Of a DNA stretch of 52,364 nucleotides, positions 36,852 to 46,741 are shown piece after piece. Each line of letters opens with the position of its first letter. Within the stretch, counting starts at the first letter, position 1. Where the stretch lies: the NCBI GenBank assembly GCA_038103905.1, contig JAYNZW010000003.1:62077-114440 (forward strand), in the 5' to 3' direction. A program made the position numbers and the translations under genes. This DNA is from Pelagibacteraceae bacterium (GTDB lineage: Bacteria; Pseudomonadota; Alphaproteobacteria; Pelagibacterales; AG-422-B15). The notes below the pieces were generated by a model that saw only the letters and a list, made by a program, of their open reading frames with translations, was not told the origin of the DNA and did no database searches.

Positions 36852-38693
36852 ATGCTAGATATTATAAGAAATTTAGTTGCATCAATTTTTGGTAAAATTC
36901 TTTTAGGTATTATGGTGCTAAGTTTTGCTTTATGGGGAGTTGGAGATTTATTGAACTCTGGAAACTCGCAACTTGCTGCCAAAGTAGAAGATGAAAAAAT
37001 AACTCTCGATGAATTTTATTATGAATTTCAAAGATCAATTGATGATTTTAATAGAAAAATAGACAAAAGAATTTCATTAGCAGAAGCATATCAAGAAAAT
37101 ATACATACTCTTGTAGTAAATGAAATGGTTTACGATCATATGATAGAAGTATATTCCAAAAAAAATAATATTTTTGTAAACAATGATATTTTAAAAAAAA
37201 TAATCAAATCAATGCCTCAATTTCAAAATGAGGATGGCTCTTTTAATAAGACTATTTATGAGTACTCAATACAAGATACTTTCCCTTCAGAGAAAGTTTT
37301 TTTAGATGAGGTAAGGAATCTATATTTAAGGGGACATCTGTTTGACTTATTTAATTCATCTATTACCCTTAACAAAAATATTCATAATCTCATCTTAAAT
37401 TACGAAACAGAGACAAGAGATTTTGAGTATTTTACAATTAACAATATTCCGTTTGATAAACCCTCTTTAGATGAAAAAGAATTATTTGATTTTTATAACG
37501 ATAATAAAAAAGATTTCAAAATATCAAGATCAGTAACACTTGACCTTCTGCAAATTAATTATAAAGACTTTGCAAATGAAATAGAAATTGATGAAACTAT
37601 TCTAAAAGAAAATTATATAAATAATATATCATCTTACACAGATGAAGAAACAAGGAATATAGAATTCGCAAGATTTGAAAACTTATTAGATGCTAACAAT
37701 TTCAGAGATATACTTTTAAAATCATCTACTGCGGACTTAACTAAGTATAATGATAAAAATAAAATATCATTTAATAAAATTGAAAATCTTAAGATTGGCG
37801 ACTTTAATAAGAATCTATCAGATAAAATTTTTAATATGGCAGCCAATGAAATATCAGATGCTATAGATGCTGATGAGCTAGGGTTTTATGTTGTTAGGGT
37901 CAATTCAATTAAAGAAGAGCAAATAACTTCTTTTGAAGATGTATCAAATGAAATTAAAGATAAGTTGGTTCAAGATGAAGCGTATGAAATATTTGACGAA
38001 ACAGTAAATCTAGCTGATGAGCTACTCATATCTGGCTACGATCTAGATGAAATTTCAGACGAAATTAATGTAAAAATCACAAGAAATATTAATTTTAATG
38101 AGATCTCAAAATCAATCGAAAGCACTGAATTCCTTGTCACTATAAATAGTGAAGAAATAGGCTATCAATCAGAAATCTTATTGAATGATGACAATGCAAT
38201 AATTGTTAAAATAGTTAATGTTGTTGATGCCTATATACCTGATTTTGAAGATGTTGTTGAAGATATCGAATTAAGATTAATTAATTTGAAAAAAAACGAA
38301 TTTTTAGGCGATATGCTATCTACCATCGCTCTAGAAATCAAACCTGATGGAGCTGATGGATTTTATAGATATGCAGATACGAATGGAGCTCAACTAAATA
38401 GAGTAAAATCTGTAAAAAGAAGCTTACCTTCTAATGAAATTGATCCAGAAACTCAGAGGGAATTATTTAAAATTGAAAAAAACAATATTCTGATGTTTGA
38501 AAATGATGGCAATTATGGAATATTACTTTTAACTAATATTGAAAAAGAAAATGAAGATGAAAAGTTTATTTCTCAAGTTAAAGAAAATATAGATAACAAC
38601 TTTGAATCTTCTGTTTTGAAGATTCTCGAAAAAGAAATTATTGATAACATTGAATATCAAATCTTCACACAAAATATTAATAATATCTTCTAG
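36852..38693 (+). CDS. ppiD: PpiD/SurA-N domain periplasmic chaperone
   Basis: N-terminal anchor with SFALWGVGD, F.N.DG.F, E.R, acidic parvulin-like region; between tpiA and trpE. Confidence 0.82.
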   Translation: MLDIIRNLVASIFGKILLGIMVLSFALWGVGDLLNSGNSQLAAKVEDEKITLDEFYYEFQRSIDDFNRKIDKRISLAEAYQENIHTLVVNEMVYDHMIEVYSKKNNIFVNNDILKKIIKSMPQFQNEDGSFNKTIYEYSIQDTFPSEKVFLDEVRNLYLRGHLFDLFNSSITLNKNIHNLILNYETETRDFEYFTINNIPFDKPSLDEKELFDFYNDNKKDFKISRSVTLDLLQINYKDFANEIEIDETILKENYINNISSYTDEETRNIEFARFENLLDANNFRDILLKSSTADLTKYNDKNKISFNKIENLKIGDFNKNLSDKIFNMAANEISDAIDADELGFYVVRVNSIKEEQITSFEDVSNEIKDKLVQDEAYEIFDETVNLADELLISGYDLDEISDEINVKITRNINFNEISKSIESTEFLVTINSEEIGYQSEILLNDDNAIIVKIVNVVDAYIPDFEDVVEDIELRLINLKKNEFLGDMLSTIALEIKPDGADGFYRYADTNGAQLNRVKSVKRSLPSNEIDPETQRELFKIEKNNILMFENDGNYGILLLTNIEKENEDEKFISQVKENIDNNFESSVLKILEKEIIDNIEYQIFTQNINNIF

Positions 38694-40159
38694 TGATGAT
38701 TTCACATTCAAAGGATCAATTTATTAAAGATCTTAATAAAAAAGAAAATTTTATCATCTTTAAAAGATTTTCAATTTCACAGATTGATCCAACACAATTT
38801 TTTATTGAATACACTAAGAATAAAAAATACGGCTTTTTATTTGAGTCTGTTGAAAGAGAAGTAATAAGAGGCAGATACACAATCTGTGGTCATACTCCAC
38901 AAATTATTATTAAAGATAAAGATAAAGTATTAAATATAAGATCATATAAAATTAATAAAAAAATTAATAATAAAAATCCTCTAACTGGAATAAATGAATT
39001 AATCAAAAGTCTTAAATTTAATAATTCAAATAAATTACCCTCAATGTGCTCAGCTTTCTATGGGTATTTTGGCTATGTAGAGAACATTTCTATAAAGAAA
39101 AAAAAAGATGATCTAAAACTTCCTAACTCAATATTATTTCTACCAAAATTTATAATCGTTTTTGATAACAAAGAATTAAAAATTACGATTTCATCTCCTG
39201 TAATTTCAAGAGAGGCTAAGATAAGTGATTACGAGCTGATAAAAAAAGAATTTTCAAAAATAGAAAAAAATATCTTTAAAAAGATGCCCACAGAAAAAAT
39301 TAATCTAAATTTAAGAAAAAAACTTCACCCTAAATCTAATATATCAAAAAGTAGATTTGTTGAAAATATCAAGAAAGCTAAAGAGTACATAAAAAATGGC
39401 GATATTTTTCAAGTTGTACTTGGACAAAGATTTAAAGTTCATTTTAAAAAAAAGGCTGTGTCTTTATATAAAATATTAAGGGTCACCAACCCCTCACCTT
39501 TTATGTTTTTCTTTAACTTTCCTTCATTTAATATTGTTGGATCAAGTCCTGAGATTCTTGTAAGAGTTCAAAATAGTAAAATTACAATTAGACCGATTGC
39601 TGGCACAAGACCAAGAGGAAAGAACAAACAAATTGATAAGAATTATGAAAAAGAGCTTCTTAATGATCAAAAAGAGCTTTCAGAACATCTAATGTTATTA
39701 GATTTAGGTAGAAATGATGTTGGAAAAGTTTCAAAAAAATCATCAGTAAAAGTGACCTCTAGTTTTTTTATAGAGCGCTACTCGCATGTAATGCATATCG
39801 TGTCAAATGTAGAGGGGTTTTTAAGAAATGGGATATCATCTATTCAGGCTCTTATGTCCGGTTTTCCAGCTGGAACAGTATCTGGAGCTCCAAAAATAAG
39901 AGCAATGCAAATCATTGACGAACTTGAACAAACAAAGCGTGGGGTTTATGCAGGAGGAATAGGATATTTATCTACAAATAATAATATGGACACGTGCATT
40001 GCATTAAGGACATGCGTTATTAAAAATCAAAAATTATATGTTCAATCAGGAGGGGGAATTGTTTACGATAGTAACCCTCAAGCTGAATATGAGGAATCTG
40101 TTAATAAAGCAAAAGCCATAATTAATGCTGCAGAAATTTCACTTGGAAATAATATATGA
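38693..40159 (+). CDS. trpE: Anthranilate synthase component I
   Basis: LFESV, GDIFQVV, NPSPF, GSSPE.LV, PIAGTRPRG, EH.ML.DLGRND, FPAGTVSGAPK.RAM. Confidence 0.96.
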   Translation: MMISHSKDQFIKDLNKKENFIIFKRFSISQIDPTQFFIEYTKNKKYGFLFESVEREVIRGRYTICGHTPQIIIKDKDKVLNIRSYKINKKINNKNPLTGINELIKSLKFNNSNKLPSMCSAFYGYFGYVENISIKKKKDDLKLPNSILFLPKFIIVFDNKELKITISSPVISREAKISDYELIKKEFSKIEKNIFKKMPTEKINLNLRKKLHPKSNISKSRFVENIKKAKEYIKNGDIFQVVLGQRFKVHFKKKAVSLYKILRVTNPSPFMFFFNFPSFNIVGSSPEILVRVQNSKITIRPIAGTRPRGKNKQIDKNYEKELLNDQKELSEHLMLLDLGRNDVGKVSKKSSVKVTSSFFIERYSHVMHIVSNVEGFLRNGISSIQALMSGFPAGTVSGAPKIRAMQIIDELEQTKRGVYAGGIGYLSTNNNMDTCIALRTCVIKNQKLYVQSGGGIVYDSNPQAEYEESVNKAKAIINAAEISLGNNI

Positions 40160-40731
40160 TTTTAATTATAGATAATTACGACAGTTTTACGTTTAATCTT
40201 GTTCACTATGTTGAAGAGCATGGATACAAAACAAATGTATTCAGAAATGATGAAATTTCACTTAATAAGATAAAACAATTAAAGCCAAAAAAAATAATAA
40301 TTTCACCTGGTCCATGCACACCTAATGAAGCTGGTATCTGTTTATCCTTAATTAAAAAATTTTATAAAGAGATACCCATATTAGGTGTTTGTCTTGGTCA
40401 CCAATCAATTGGACAATCTTTTCAAGGAAAAATTGTTAAAGCTAAAAAAATAATGCATGGGAAAACTTCTATCATTAACAATTTGGGATCAAAAATTTTT
40501 AAGGGGTTACCAAAGACATTTACAGCAACTCGATATCACAGTCTCATTATTAAAAACAAAACTATTAGCAATGACTTTAAAATAATTGCAACAACTAAAG
40601 ATAATAATGATGAAGTGATAATGGGCATAGAACATAAAAACTATCCTTGTTTCGGTGTTCAATTTCATCCTGAGAGTATTGCTTCTCATCCTTATGGTAA
40701 AAAAATTGTAAAAAACTTTTTGATAATTTAA
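40156..40731 (+). CDS. trpG: Anthranilate synthase component II
   Basis: IDNYDSFT.NL, SPGP, GVCLGHQ, RYHSL, GVQFHPES. Confidence 0.97.
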   Translation: MILIIDNYDSFTFNLVHYVEEHGYKTNVFRNDEISLNKIKQLKPKKIIISPGPCTPNEAGICLSLIKKFYKEIPILGVCLGHQSIGQSFQGKIVKAKKIMHGKTSIINNLGSKIFKGLPKTFTATRYHSLIIKNKTISNDFKIIATTKDNNDEVIMGIEHKNYPCFGVQFHPESIASHPYGKKIVKNFLII

Positions 40732-41750
40732 TGAATTCTATCTCTAAATATACGAGCCTGATTGAAGAACATGGACTCAATGAAGATGAAACTTCTGCTG
40801 CATTCGATATCATCATGGATGGAGGTTCAGAATTAAATGATTTAATTTCATTTTTAGAAACTTTAAATAAATATGGAATAAACCAGGACCATGTTTTGGG
40901 AGCGGTTAAAGTAATGAGAGACAAGATGGTGGCTGTGAATATTCCAGATGAATCAATTGATACATGCGGAACTGGAGGAGATGGAAAATTCTCCCTTAAT
41001 ATTTCAACTGCAGTTGCTTTTGTTTTATCTGCACTAGGCATACCTGTTGCTAAACACGGCAATAGATCTATTACTTCAAATTGTGGCTCCGCTGATGTTT
41101 TAAAGTCTTTAGGCATCAATATAGATATGGAAACAAACAAGATTTCAGAGTGTATTGAAAATACAGGTATCTGTTTCATGTTCGCCCCTAATCATCATCC
41201 TGCCATGAGACATGTTGCTGAAGCAAGGCAATCTCTTGGAAAAAAGGGTATAAAAACAATATTTAATATGTTGGGCCCCCTTTTAAATCCAGGAAATGTA
41301 AAGAAACAAATTATTGGTGTTTATAGCAACGATATACAAGAAATATACAAAGAGGTATTTAATCGAACCTTTGAAAAAGATGCTTTTATAATTTATGGGG
41401 CTGATGGAATGGATGAAATTTCAACAGAAGGTGAAAATAAAATTATTTTTAAAGATAAACTTTTTAACTTTGATCCCATTAGTCTTGATATAAAAAGACC
41501 TGTAGTCAATGAATTAATTGGAGAAGATCCAGATTTTAATGCATCAAGAATAATTGATATTTTTTCAGGCACTAAAGACTCTTTCTATCAAATTGTATCT
41601 ATAAACGCTGCTTTTGGCTTAGTTTTAAATAATAGTTTAGAACTTAATAATGAAAATATTAAAAAGTGCTTATCAGATGTAGAAAAAGTAATAAACGATG
41701 GCTCAGCCCTAAGTAAAATTAAAAAATTAAAAGAATTTACAAACAAATAA
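40731..41750 (+). CDS. trpD: Anthranilate phosphoribosyltransferase
   Basis: DTCGTGGDG, NIST, KHGNRS, GSADVL, HHPAM, GPLLNP, DGMDEIS. Confidence 0.97.
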   Translation: MNSISKYTSLIEEHGLNEDETSAAFDIIMDGGSELNDLISFLETLNKYGINQDHVLGAVKVMRDKMVAVNIPDESIDTCGTGGDGKFSLNISTAVAFVLSALGIPVAKHGNRSITSNCGSADVLKSLGINIDMETNKISECIENTGICFMFAPNHHPAMRHVAEARQSLGKKGIKTIFNMLGPLLNPGNVKKQIIGVYSNDIQEIYKEVFNRTFEKDAFIIYGADGMDEISTEGENKIIFKDKLFNFDPISLDIKRPVVNELIGEDPDFNASRIIDIFSGTKDSFYQIVSINAAFGLVLNNSLELNNENIKKCLSDVEKVINDGSALSKIKKLKEFTNK

Positions 41751-42535
41751 TGAATATTTTAGAAGAAATTTATAATTATAAACTTGATTTTGTTAATAAA
41801 GCTAAATCTAAAATTTCCTTAGATGAACTAATTGAACAGTCAAAGAAAATAGAAAAAAAAGATTTTCAATTCTCAAAAAAGCTTAGAAATAATAAAGGAA
41901 TAAACATCATTGGTGAACTTAAGAAAGCAAGTCCCTCAGCAGGTAATATTGTAAATGATGAAATTGATTTAATAAATATTGCAAAAATGTATGATGATGC
42001 TGGTGTGTCTTGTTTCTCCATTTTGACTGATGAAAAATATTTTAATGGCAGCCTTCAAGACCTAATTGAACTAAGAAAAAATACAGCAACACCTATTTTG
42101 AGAAAAGAATTTATAGTTGATGAATATCAGGTCTATGAGTCATTTTTATCTGGCGCTGATTGCATACTTATTATTTTATCAATGATAGATTTAGATTTAG
42201 CAAAAAAAATAGAGAATGTTGCTATTTCTCTTGGCCTTGATTCAATAATTGAGGTTCACGATGAAAAAGAAATTAAAGAAGCTTTAAAATTTAATTCTAA
42301 TTTAATAGGTATTAATAATAGAGATTTAAAAAACTTTACTGTCAACATCAATAACGCTGTAAACCTTGCTAATAGTATAACGACTAACAAAATACTTATT
42401 TCCGAAAGTGGCATTAGCTCTAAAAGCGACATTGATCAAACAATGAGCAAATCTAACATTCGCACATTTTTAATCGGCGAATCATTAATGAGATCAGATA
42501 ATATTAGAAATAAATTAAGCAGTTTAATAAATTAA
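41750..42535 (+). CDS. trpC: Indole-3-glycerol-phosphate synthase
   Basis: ELKKASPS.G, SILTD..YF.GS, LRKEF, GAD.IL, GINNRDL, SESGI, LIGESLM. Confidence 0.97.
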   Translation: MNILEEIYNYKLDFVNKAKSKISLDELIEQSKKIEKKDFQFSKKLRNNKGINIIGELKKASPSAGNIVNDEIDLINIAKMYDDAGVSCFSILTDEKYFNGSLQDLIELRKNTATPILRKEFIVDEYQVYESFLSGADCILIILSMIDLDLAKKIENVAISLGLDSIIEVHDEKEIKEALKFNSNLIGINNRDLKNFTVNINNAVNLANSITTNKILISESGISSKSDIDQTMSKSNIRTFLIGESLMRSDNIRNKLSSLIN

Positions 42536-42587
42536 AATATAAATATAATATTATAAATTATTGATATTATTATATAAATTTATATTG

Positions 42588-42613
42588 AAACTTGATGAGA
42601 ACATTGATAGAAC
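42588..42613 (+). promoter_or_regulatory. Alphaproteobacterial LexA (SOS) box, autoregulatory
   Basis: GAAC-attgata-GAAC (42599-42613) = GAAC-N7-GAAC, preceded in register by AAAC-ttgatga (42588-42598); 15 nt upstream of the lexA ATG. Confidence 0.9.
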
Positions 42614-42628
42614 ATAGGAATTAATTCT

Positions 42629-43306
42629 ATGTTAACAAAAAAACAAAAACAGCTTTTAAATTATATTGGTACTTTCCAAAGTAGAAACGGTGTGACGCCT
42701 TCTTACGAAGAAATGAAAGATGCCTTAACATTAAAGTCTAAGTCAGGAATACATAGACTAATTCTAGCGCTTGAAGAAAGAGGTTTCGTCAAAAGACTTG
42801 CACATAAAGCCAGAGCACTTGAAATTATAAAAGATGGAATTTCTAATCTAGAAGTATCACCTAAAAGAAAAAATGTTATAATTGGCGACTTCAAAGAACA
42901 ACAAAATAATTATTCTGAAAATAAAGTAAGCACTATTCCCCTTCTTGGTAAAATAGCTGCTGGAACTCCCATTGAAGCTATTCAACATAATGATGATTCA
43001 ATTGATGTTCCAAGAGAACTTATGTCTGTGGGTGAGTCATATGCCTTAAAGGTTGAAGGCGACTCCATGATAAACGAAGGAATTTATGATGGAGATACAG
43101 TATTAATTAGAAAAACAAACTTGGCTGAAAATGGAGATATAGTTGTTGCTTTAGTTGATGATCATGAGGCAACTCTAAAGAGGCTAAGAAAAAAAGGACA
43201 AAGTATTGCCCTTGAAAGTGCTAATCCATTATATGAAACAAGAATTTTGGCTGCACATAGAGTAAAAATCCAAGGAAAATTGACTGGGCTGTTAAGGAAA
43301 TACTAA
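42629..43306 (+). CDS. lexA: SOS repressor LexA
   Basis: PSYEEMKDAL.LKSKSGIHRL..ALEERG (alpha-type HTH), IAAG.P cleavage site, GDSM, ATLKR. Confidence 0.98.
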   Translation: MLTKKQKQLLNYIGTFQSRNGVTPSYEEMKDALTLKSKSGIHRLILALEERGFVKRLAHKARALEIIKDGISNLEVSPKRKNVIIGDFKEQQNNYSENKVSTIPLLGKIAAGTPIEAIQHNDDSIDVPRELMSVGESYALKVEGDSMINEGIYDGDTVLIRKTNLAENGDIVVALVDDHEATLKRLRKKGQSIALESANPLYETRILAAHRVKIQGKLTGLLRKY

Positions 43307-43366
43307 ATTTTAGCTATTTTTCTGTTTATTCTTTTCCATTAACTATAAATAGTTTATTTAGTAGCT

Positions 43367-44695
43367 ATGAAATCAAAGAAAAAATCAATAAAATCAAATA
43401 AAAAAGAAGCTAAACTAACATTATATTCTAAATCATACACCTTGCCAATTCTTAAAGCTTCTGAAGGAAGTGATGTAATTAATATTACAAAACTTTATTC
43501 TGAGTCGGGTTATTTCACCTATGATCCAGGGTTTACTTCAACCGCCGCATGTGAGTCAAAAGTTACTTATATTGATGGCGAAAAAGGAATACTTAGGTAT
43601 AGGGGTATAGATGTATCTGAGTTAGCCAAAAAAAGTGATTTTATAGAAGTTTCAAATCTTCTTATTTATGGTGATTTACCTAATCAATCACAACTGAAAA
43701 AATATCGAAAATTAATAACAAATCATACTATGCTAAACGAGCAGCTAATTAAATTCTTTAATGGATTTAGAAGAGATGCTCACCCTATGGCTATGATGGT
43801 TGGTGTTATGGGTGCTCTGTCTGCTTTTTATCAGGACTCTTTAGATATTAACGATCCACATCAACGAATGACAGCTGCAAGAAGAATTATTGCGAAAGCT
43901 GCCACGATTGGAGCTATGTCTTATAAATATTCCATAGGACAACCATTCGTTTATCCAGACAATAATTTATCTTATGCAGAGAATTTTTTAAATATGTGCT
44001 TTTCTGTTCCCTCAGAAAATTACAGAGTTCCTAAGATTATATCAAAAGCTATGGATATAATATTTATACTTCATGCTGATCACGAACAAAATGCCTCAAC
44101 GTCAACTGTGAGACTTGCAGGATCATCTGGCGCAAACCCCTTTGCGTGTATTGCAGCAGGAGTTGCATCTCTTTGGGGGCCTGCACATGGAGGTGCTAAT
44201 CAAGCAGCTTTAGAAATGCTTGAAACAATTGGCAATAAAAAAAATATAGATTTATATATTTCTAAAGCAAAAGATAGAAATGATGACTTTAAACTCATGG
44301 GTTTTGGTCATAGGGTATACAAAAACTATGATCCAAGAGCCAAAATTTTAAAAGAAATTTGCAAAAAAGTGCTTTCTCATGTTGGTGTTAAAAAAGATCC
44401 TATTCTTGAGCTAGCAATGGAACTTGAAAAAAAAGCTTTAAAAGATCCTTATTTTATAAAAAAGAAATTATATCCAAATGTAGATTTTTATTCCGGTATA
44501 ATTCTAAGAGCAATAGGTTTTCCACCTGAGATGTTCACAGTCATATTTGCAATTGCACGTACAGCTGGGTGGACAGCTCAATGGACGGAAATGATTGATG
44601 ACCCTATTCAAAAAATTGGTAGACCAAGACAACTATATACTGGCAATAAAAGTCTGAAATATGGACAAATAAGGTCAAAAAAGAATACGAGATAG
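43367..44695 (+). CDS. gltA: Citrate synthase (type II)
   Basis: [57 protein letters not shown]. Confidence 0.99.
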   Translation: MKSKKKSIKSNKKEAKLTLYSKSYTLPILKASEGSDVINITKLYSESGYFTYDPGFTSTAACESKVTYIDGEKGILRYRGIDVSELAKKSDFIEVSNLLIYGDLPNQSQLKKYRKLITNHTMLNEQLIKFFNGFRRDAHPMAMMVGVMGALSAFYQDSLDINDPHQRMTAARRIIAKAATIGAMSYKYSIGQPFVYPDNNLSYAENFLNMCFSVPSENYRVPKIISKAMDIIFILHADHEQNASTSTVRLAGSSGANPFACIAAGVASLWGPAHGGANQAALEMLETIGNKKNIDLYISKAKDRNDDFKLMGFGHRVYKNYDPRAKILKEICKKVLSHVGVKKDPILELAMELEKKALKDPYFIKKKLYPNVDFYSGIILRAIGFPPEMFTVIFAIARTAGWTAQWTEMIDDPIQKIGRPRQLYTGNKSLKYGQIRSKKNTR

Positions 44696-44696
44696 A

Positions 44697-45518
44697 CTAA
44701 ACAAAGTATAAATTTATTTTATTTTCCTCTAACATTCTTAAGGTAAGCTCTTTATTAAAAATAATTGTATTATCTTTTTTAATAGCGATTCCATTCAGAT
44801 TTGCTTTGATGACATTAGTGATAGTTTTTGGCCCTATAACTGGATTATCAGTTAAATTAGACTGATTAATTTTAGCAATTTTTACGAGCATACCTTCTCT
44901 TTTGCTTAGATTTAATTTCTTCTTTTCTGCGGCCACTCTTTTAAGAAGAAGGTCTGTACCCTCTGTAGCTTCAATGCCTAATATGTACCCATTAGAAACT
45001 ACTGCCGCTTGCGCATTATCATACCTTGAAATGTTATTTAGTAATGATACGCCCTTTGAAATATCATTTTTATCAGCATTATTTTTTTGAAAAATATAAT
45101 CTTGATCAACTTTATCAAAATAATAACTCTTATCTATTGATTTTAAAGATTGGACGATAAATCCCTCTTGTTTTAATACAGACAATATTAAATTCAATGT
45201 TTGGCCATCACCTTTTTTAAATTCATTCATTATTTGATTGATATATTTTGCTAATATTTCATCAATTTTTATATTTGATAAATTTGGTCTATTTACTTTT
45301 CCAATAAGACAAACATCTTTTATGTTAAACTTTTCTAGTAGTTTAATTATTTTTGAAAATTCATAGACTTTTAATGAAAAGATTTTTTTATGTTTTAATG
45401 TAGTTGGTGAATTTAAATTAATAAAAATTGAATCTAGAAAAATTTCTTTTGATCTTTTAAAAATATTTGCTGTTAACGGCTCGTATCCACCAATGAACGC
45501 AATATTATTTCTTTTCAT
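44697..45518 (-). CDS. lpxI: UDP-2,3-diacylglucosamine pyrophosphatase LpxI (divergent)
   Basis: G.V.RP, GD...L, IEA.EGTD.LL.R, VK..K..Q....D.P.IG..T; directly downstream of lpxA. Confidence 0.82.
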   Translation of the reverse strand: MKRNNIAFIGGYEPLTANIFKRSKEIFLDSIFINLNSPTTLKHKKIFSLKVYEFSKIIKLLEKFNIKDVCLIGKVNRPNLSNIKIDEILAKYINQIMNEFKKGDGQTLNLILSVLKQEGFIVQSLKSIDKSYYFDKVDQDYIFQKNNADKNDISKGVSLLNNISRYDNAQAAVVSNGYILGIEATEGTDLLLKRVAAEKKKLNLSKREGMLVKIAKINQSNLTDNPVIGPKTITNVIKANLNGIAIKKDNTIIFNKELTLRMLEENKINLYFV

Positions 45519-46284
45519 AGCGACATAAGCCCCTGCTTGACTCTACGGAAATAAAGTTACTTATTTTTTTTATTAGAGAATTTTCACTTTTATTAAAATT
45601 TTGTATCTCACTCTGTATCGTTTCTGAGCTCATAAAAATAGTTTTTATAAAATTATTTAGCTCTTGAATATTTGCCTTATCATAATTGGCTCTTTTTAAA
45701 CCTATAAGATTTAATCCTGTTATTTTTGCTCTATTTCCTATAGCAAGTGCAAATGGGAAGACATCGTTCTCTACAGCGCTCATTCCACCAATCATGCATA
45801 ATTCGCCTATACGACAAAATTGATGTATTGCAGACAGACCGCCTATTACAGCTTTATCTTCAACTACTACATGTCCACCAAGTGTAGCTTGATTAGCCAT
45901 GATAACGTTATCACCCACTATACAATCATGAGCTATATGCACACCTGTCATGAATAGTGAATTACTGCCAACAATAGTATTATAACCGCCTCCTTCAGTT
46001 CCTGTATTTATATTACAAAACTCACGAAAAGTATTTGAATCACCAATTTTAAGAAATGTTTCTTCATCATGATATTTTAAGTCTTGTGGGATTGATCCGA
46101 TTGAACAAAAAGAAAAAAAAGTATTATTCTTTCCAATTGTGGTATTTCCTGTAATTCTACATGATGCTTCTATCTTTGTATTGTCACCAATCTTTACATT
46201 GCCATCGACAACAGCATATGGGCCTATTTCTACATTTGAACCAAGATTTACATTTTTACCAATGATTGCTGTAGGATGTATCAT
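45505..46284 (-). CDS. lpxA: UDP-GlcNAc acyltransferase
   Basis: IHPTAII hexapeptide repeats, PQDLKY, HIAHDC, LGGHV, IHQFCRIG. Confidence 0.97.
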   Translation of the reverse strand: MIHPTAIIGKNVNLGSNVEIGPYAVVDGNVKIGDNTKIEASCRITGNTTIGKNNTFFSFCSIGSIPQDLKYHDEETFLKIGDSNTFREFCNINTGTEGGGYNTIVGSNSLFMTGVHIAHDCIVGDNVIMANQATLGGHVVVEDKAVIGGLSAIHQFCRIGELCMIGGMSAVENDVFPFALAIGNRAKITGLNLIGLKRANYDKANIQELNNFIKTIFMSSETIQSEIQNFNKSENSLIKKISNFISVESSRGLCRYEKK

Positions 46285-46733
46285 TATTTGTTTTTATCCA
46301 TAATTGTTGCGCACCAAATTGACTCAGCAATTTTTTCTTCATTTTCATCTACTAGTTGACCTTCGAATTTCCATACTCTTCCCTTTGATCGAAGTGCATT
46401 AACTTTTGAAAAAATCTTATCATTTGGAAACACAGGTTTTCTAAATTTAGTATTATCTATATTCATCAAATAAACAATCTTATCAAAAGTTTCTTCTTTA
46501 ATACTATAAGCAATCAATGCAGCTGCAGTTTGAGCCATCATTTCAACTAAAATAACGCCTGGAACAACTGGCTGTTCAGGAAAATGACCTTTAAAAAAAT
46601 AATCATTCTCCCTGAATGTTTTTATTCCAGTGGCTTTTTTTAATTTTTCAATATCGATTAATTCATCAATAAATAAAAAAGGCTCTCTATGAGGTATATA
46701 TTCTTTTATTTGATTTTGATTAAGAGATGTCAT
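46284..46733 (-). CDS. fabZ: 3-hydroxyacyl-ACP dehydratase
   Basis: IPHR.PFL.ID, FF.GHFP..PV.PGV...E.MAQ, FRKPV.P.D. Confidence 0.97.
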   Translation of the reverse strand: MTSLNQNQIKEYIPHREPFLFIDELIDIEKLKKATGIKTFRENDYFFKGHFPEQPVVPGVILVEMMAQTAAALIAYSIKEETFDKIVYLMNIDNTKFRKPVFPNDKIFSKVNALRSKGRVWKFEGQLVDENEEKIAESIWCATIMDKNK

Positions 46734-46741
46734 TTATTAGC

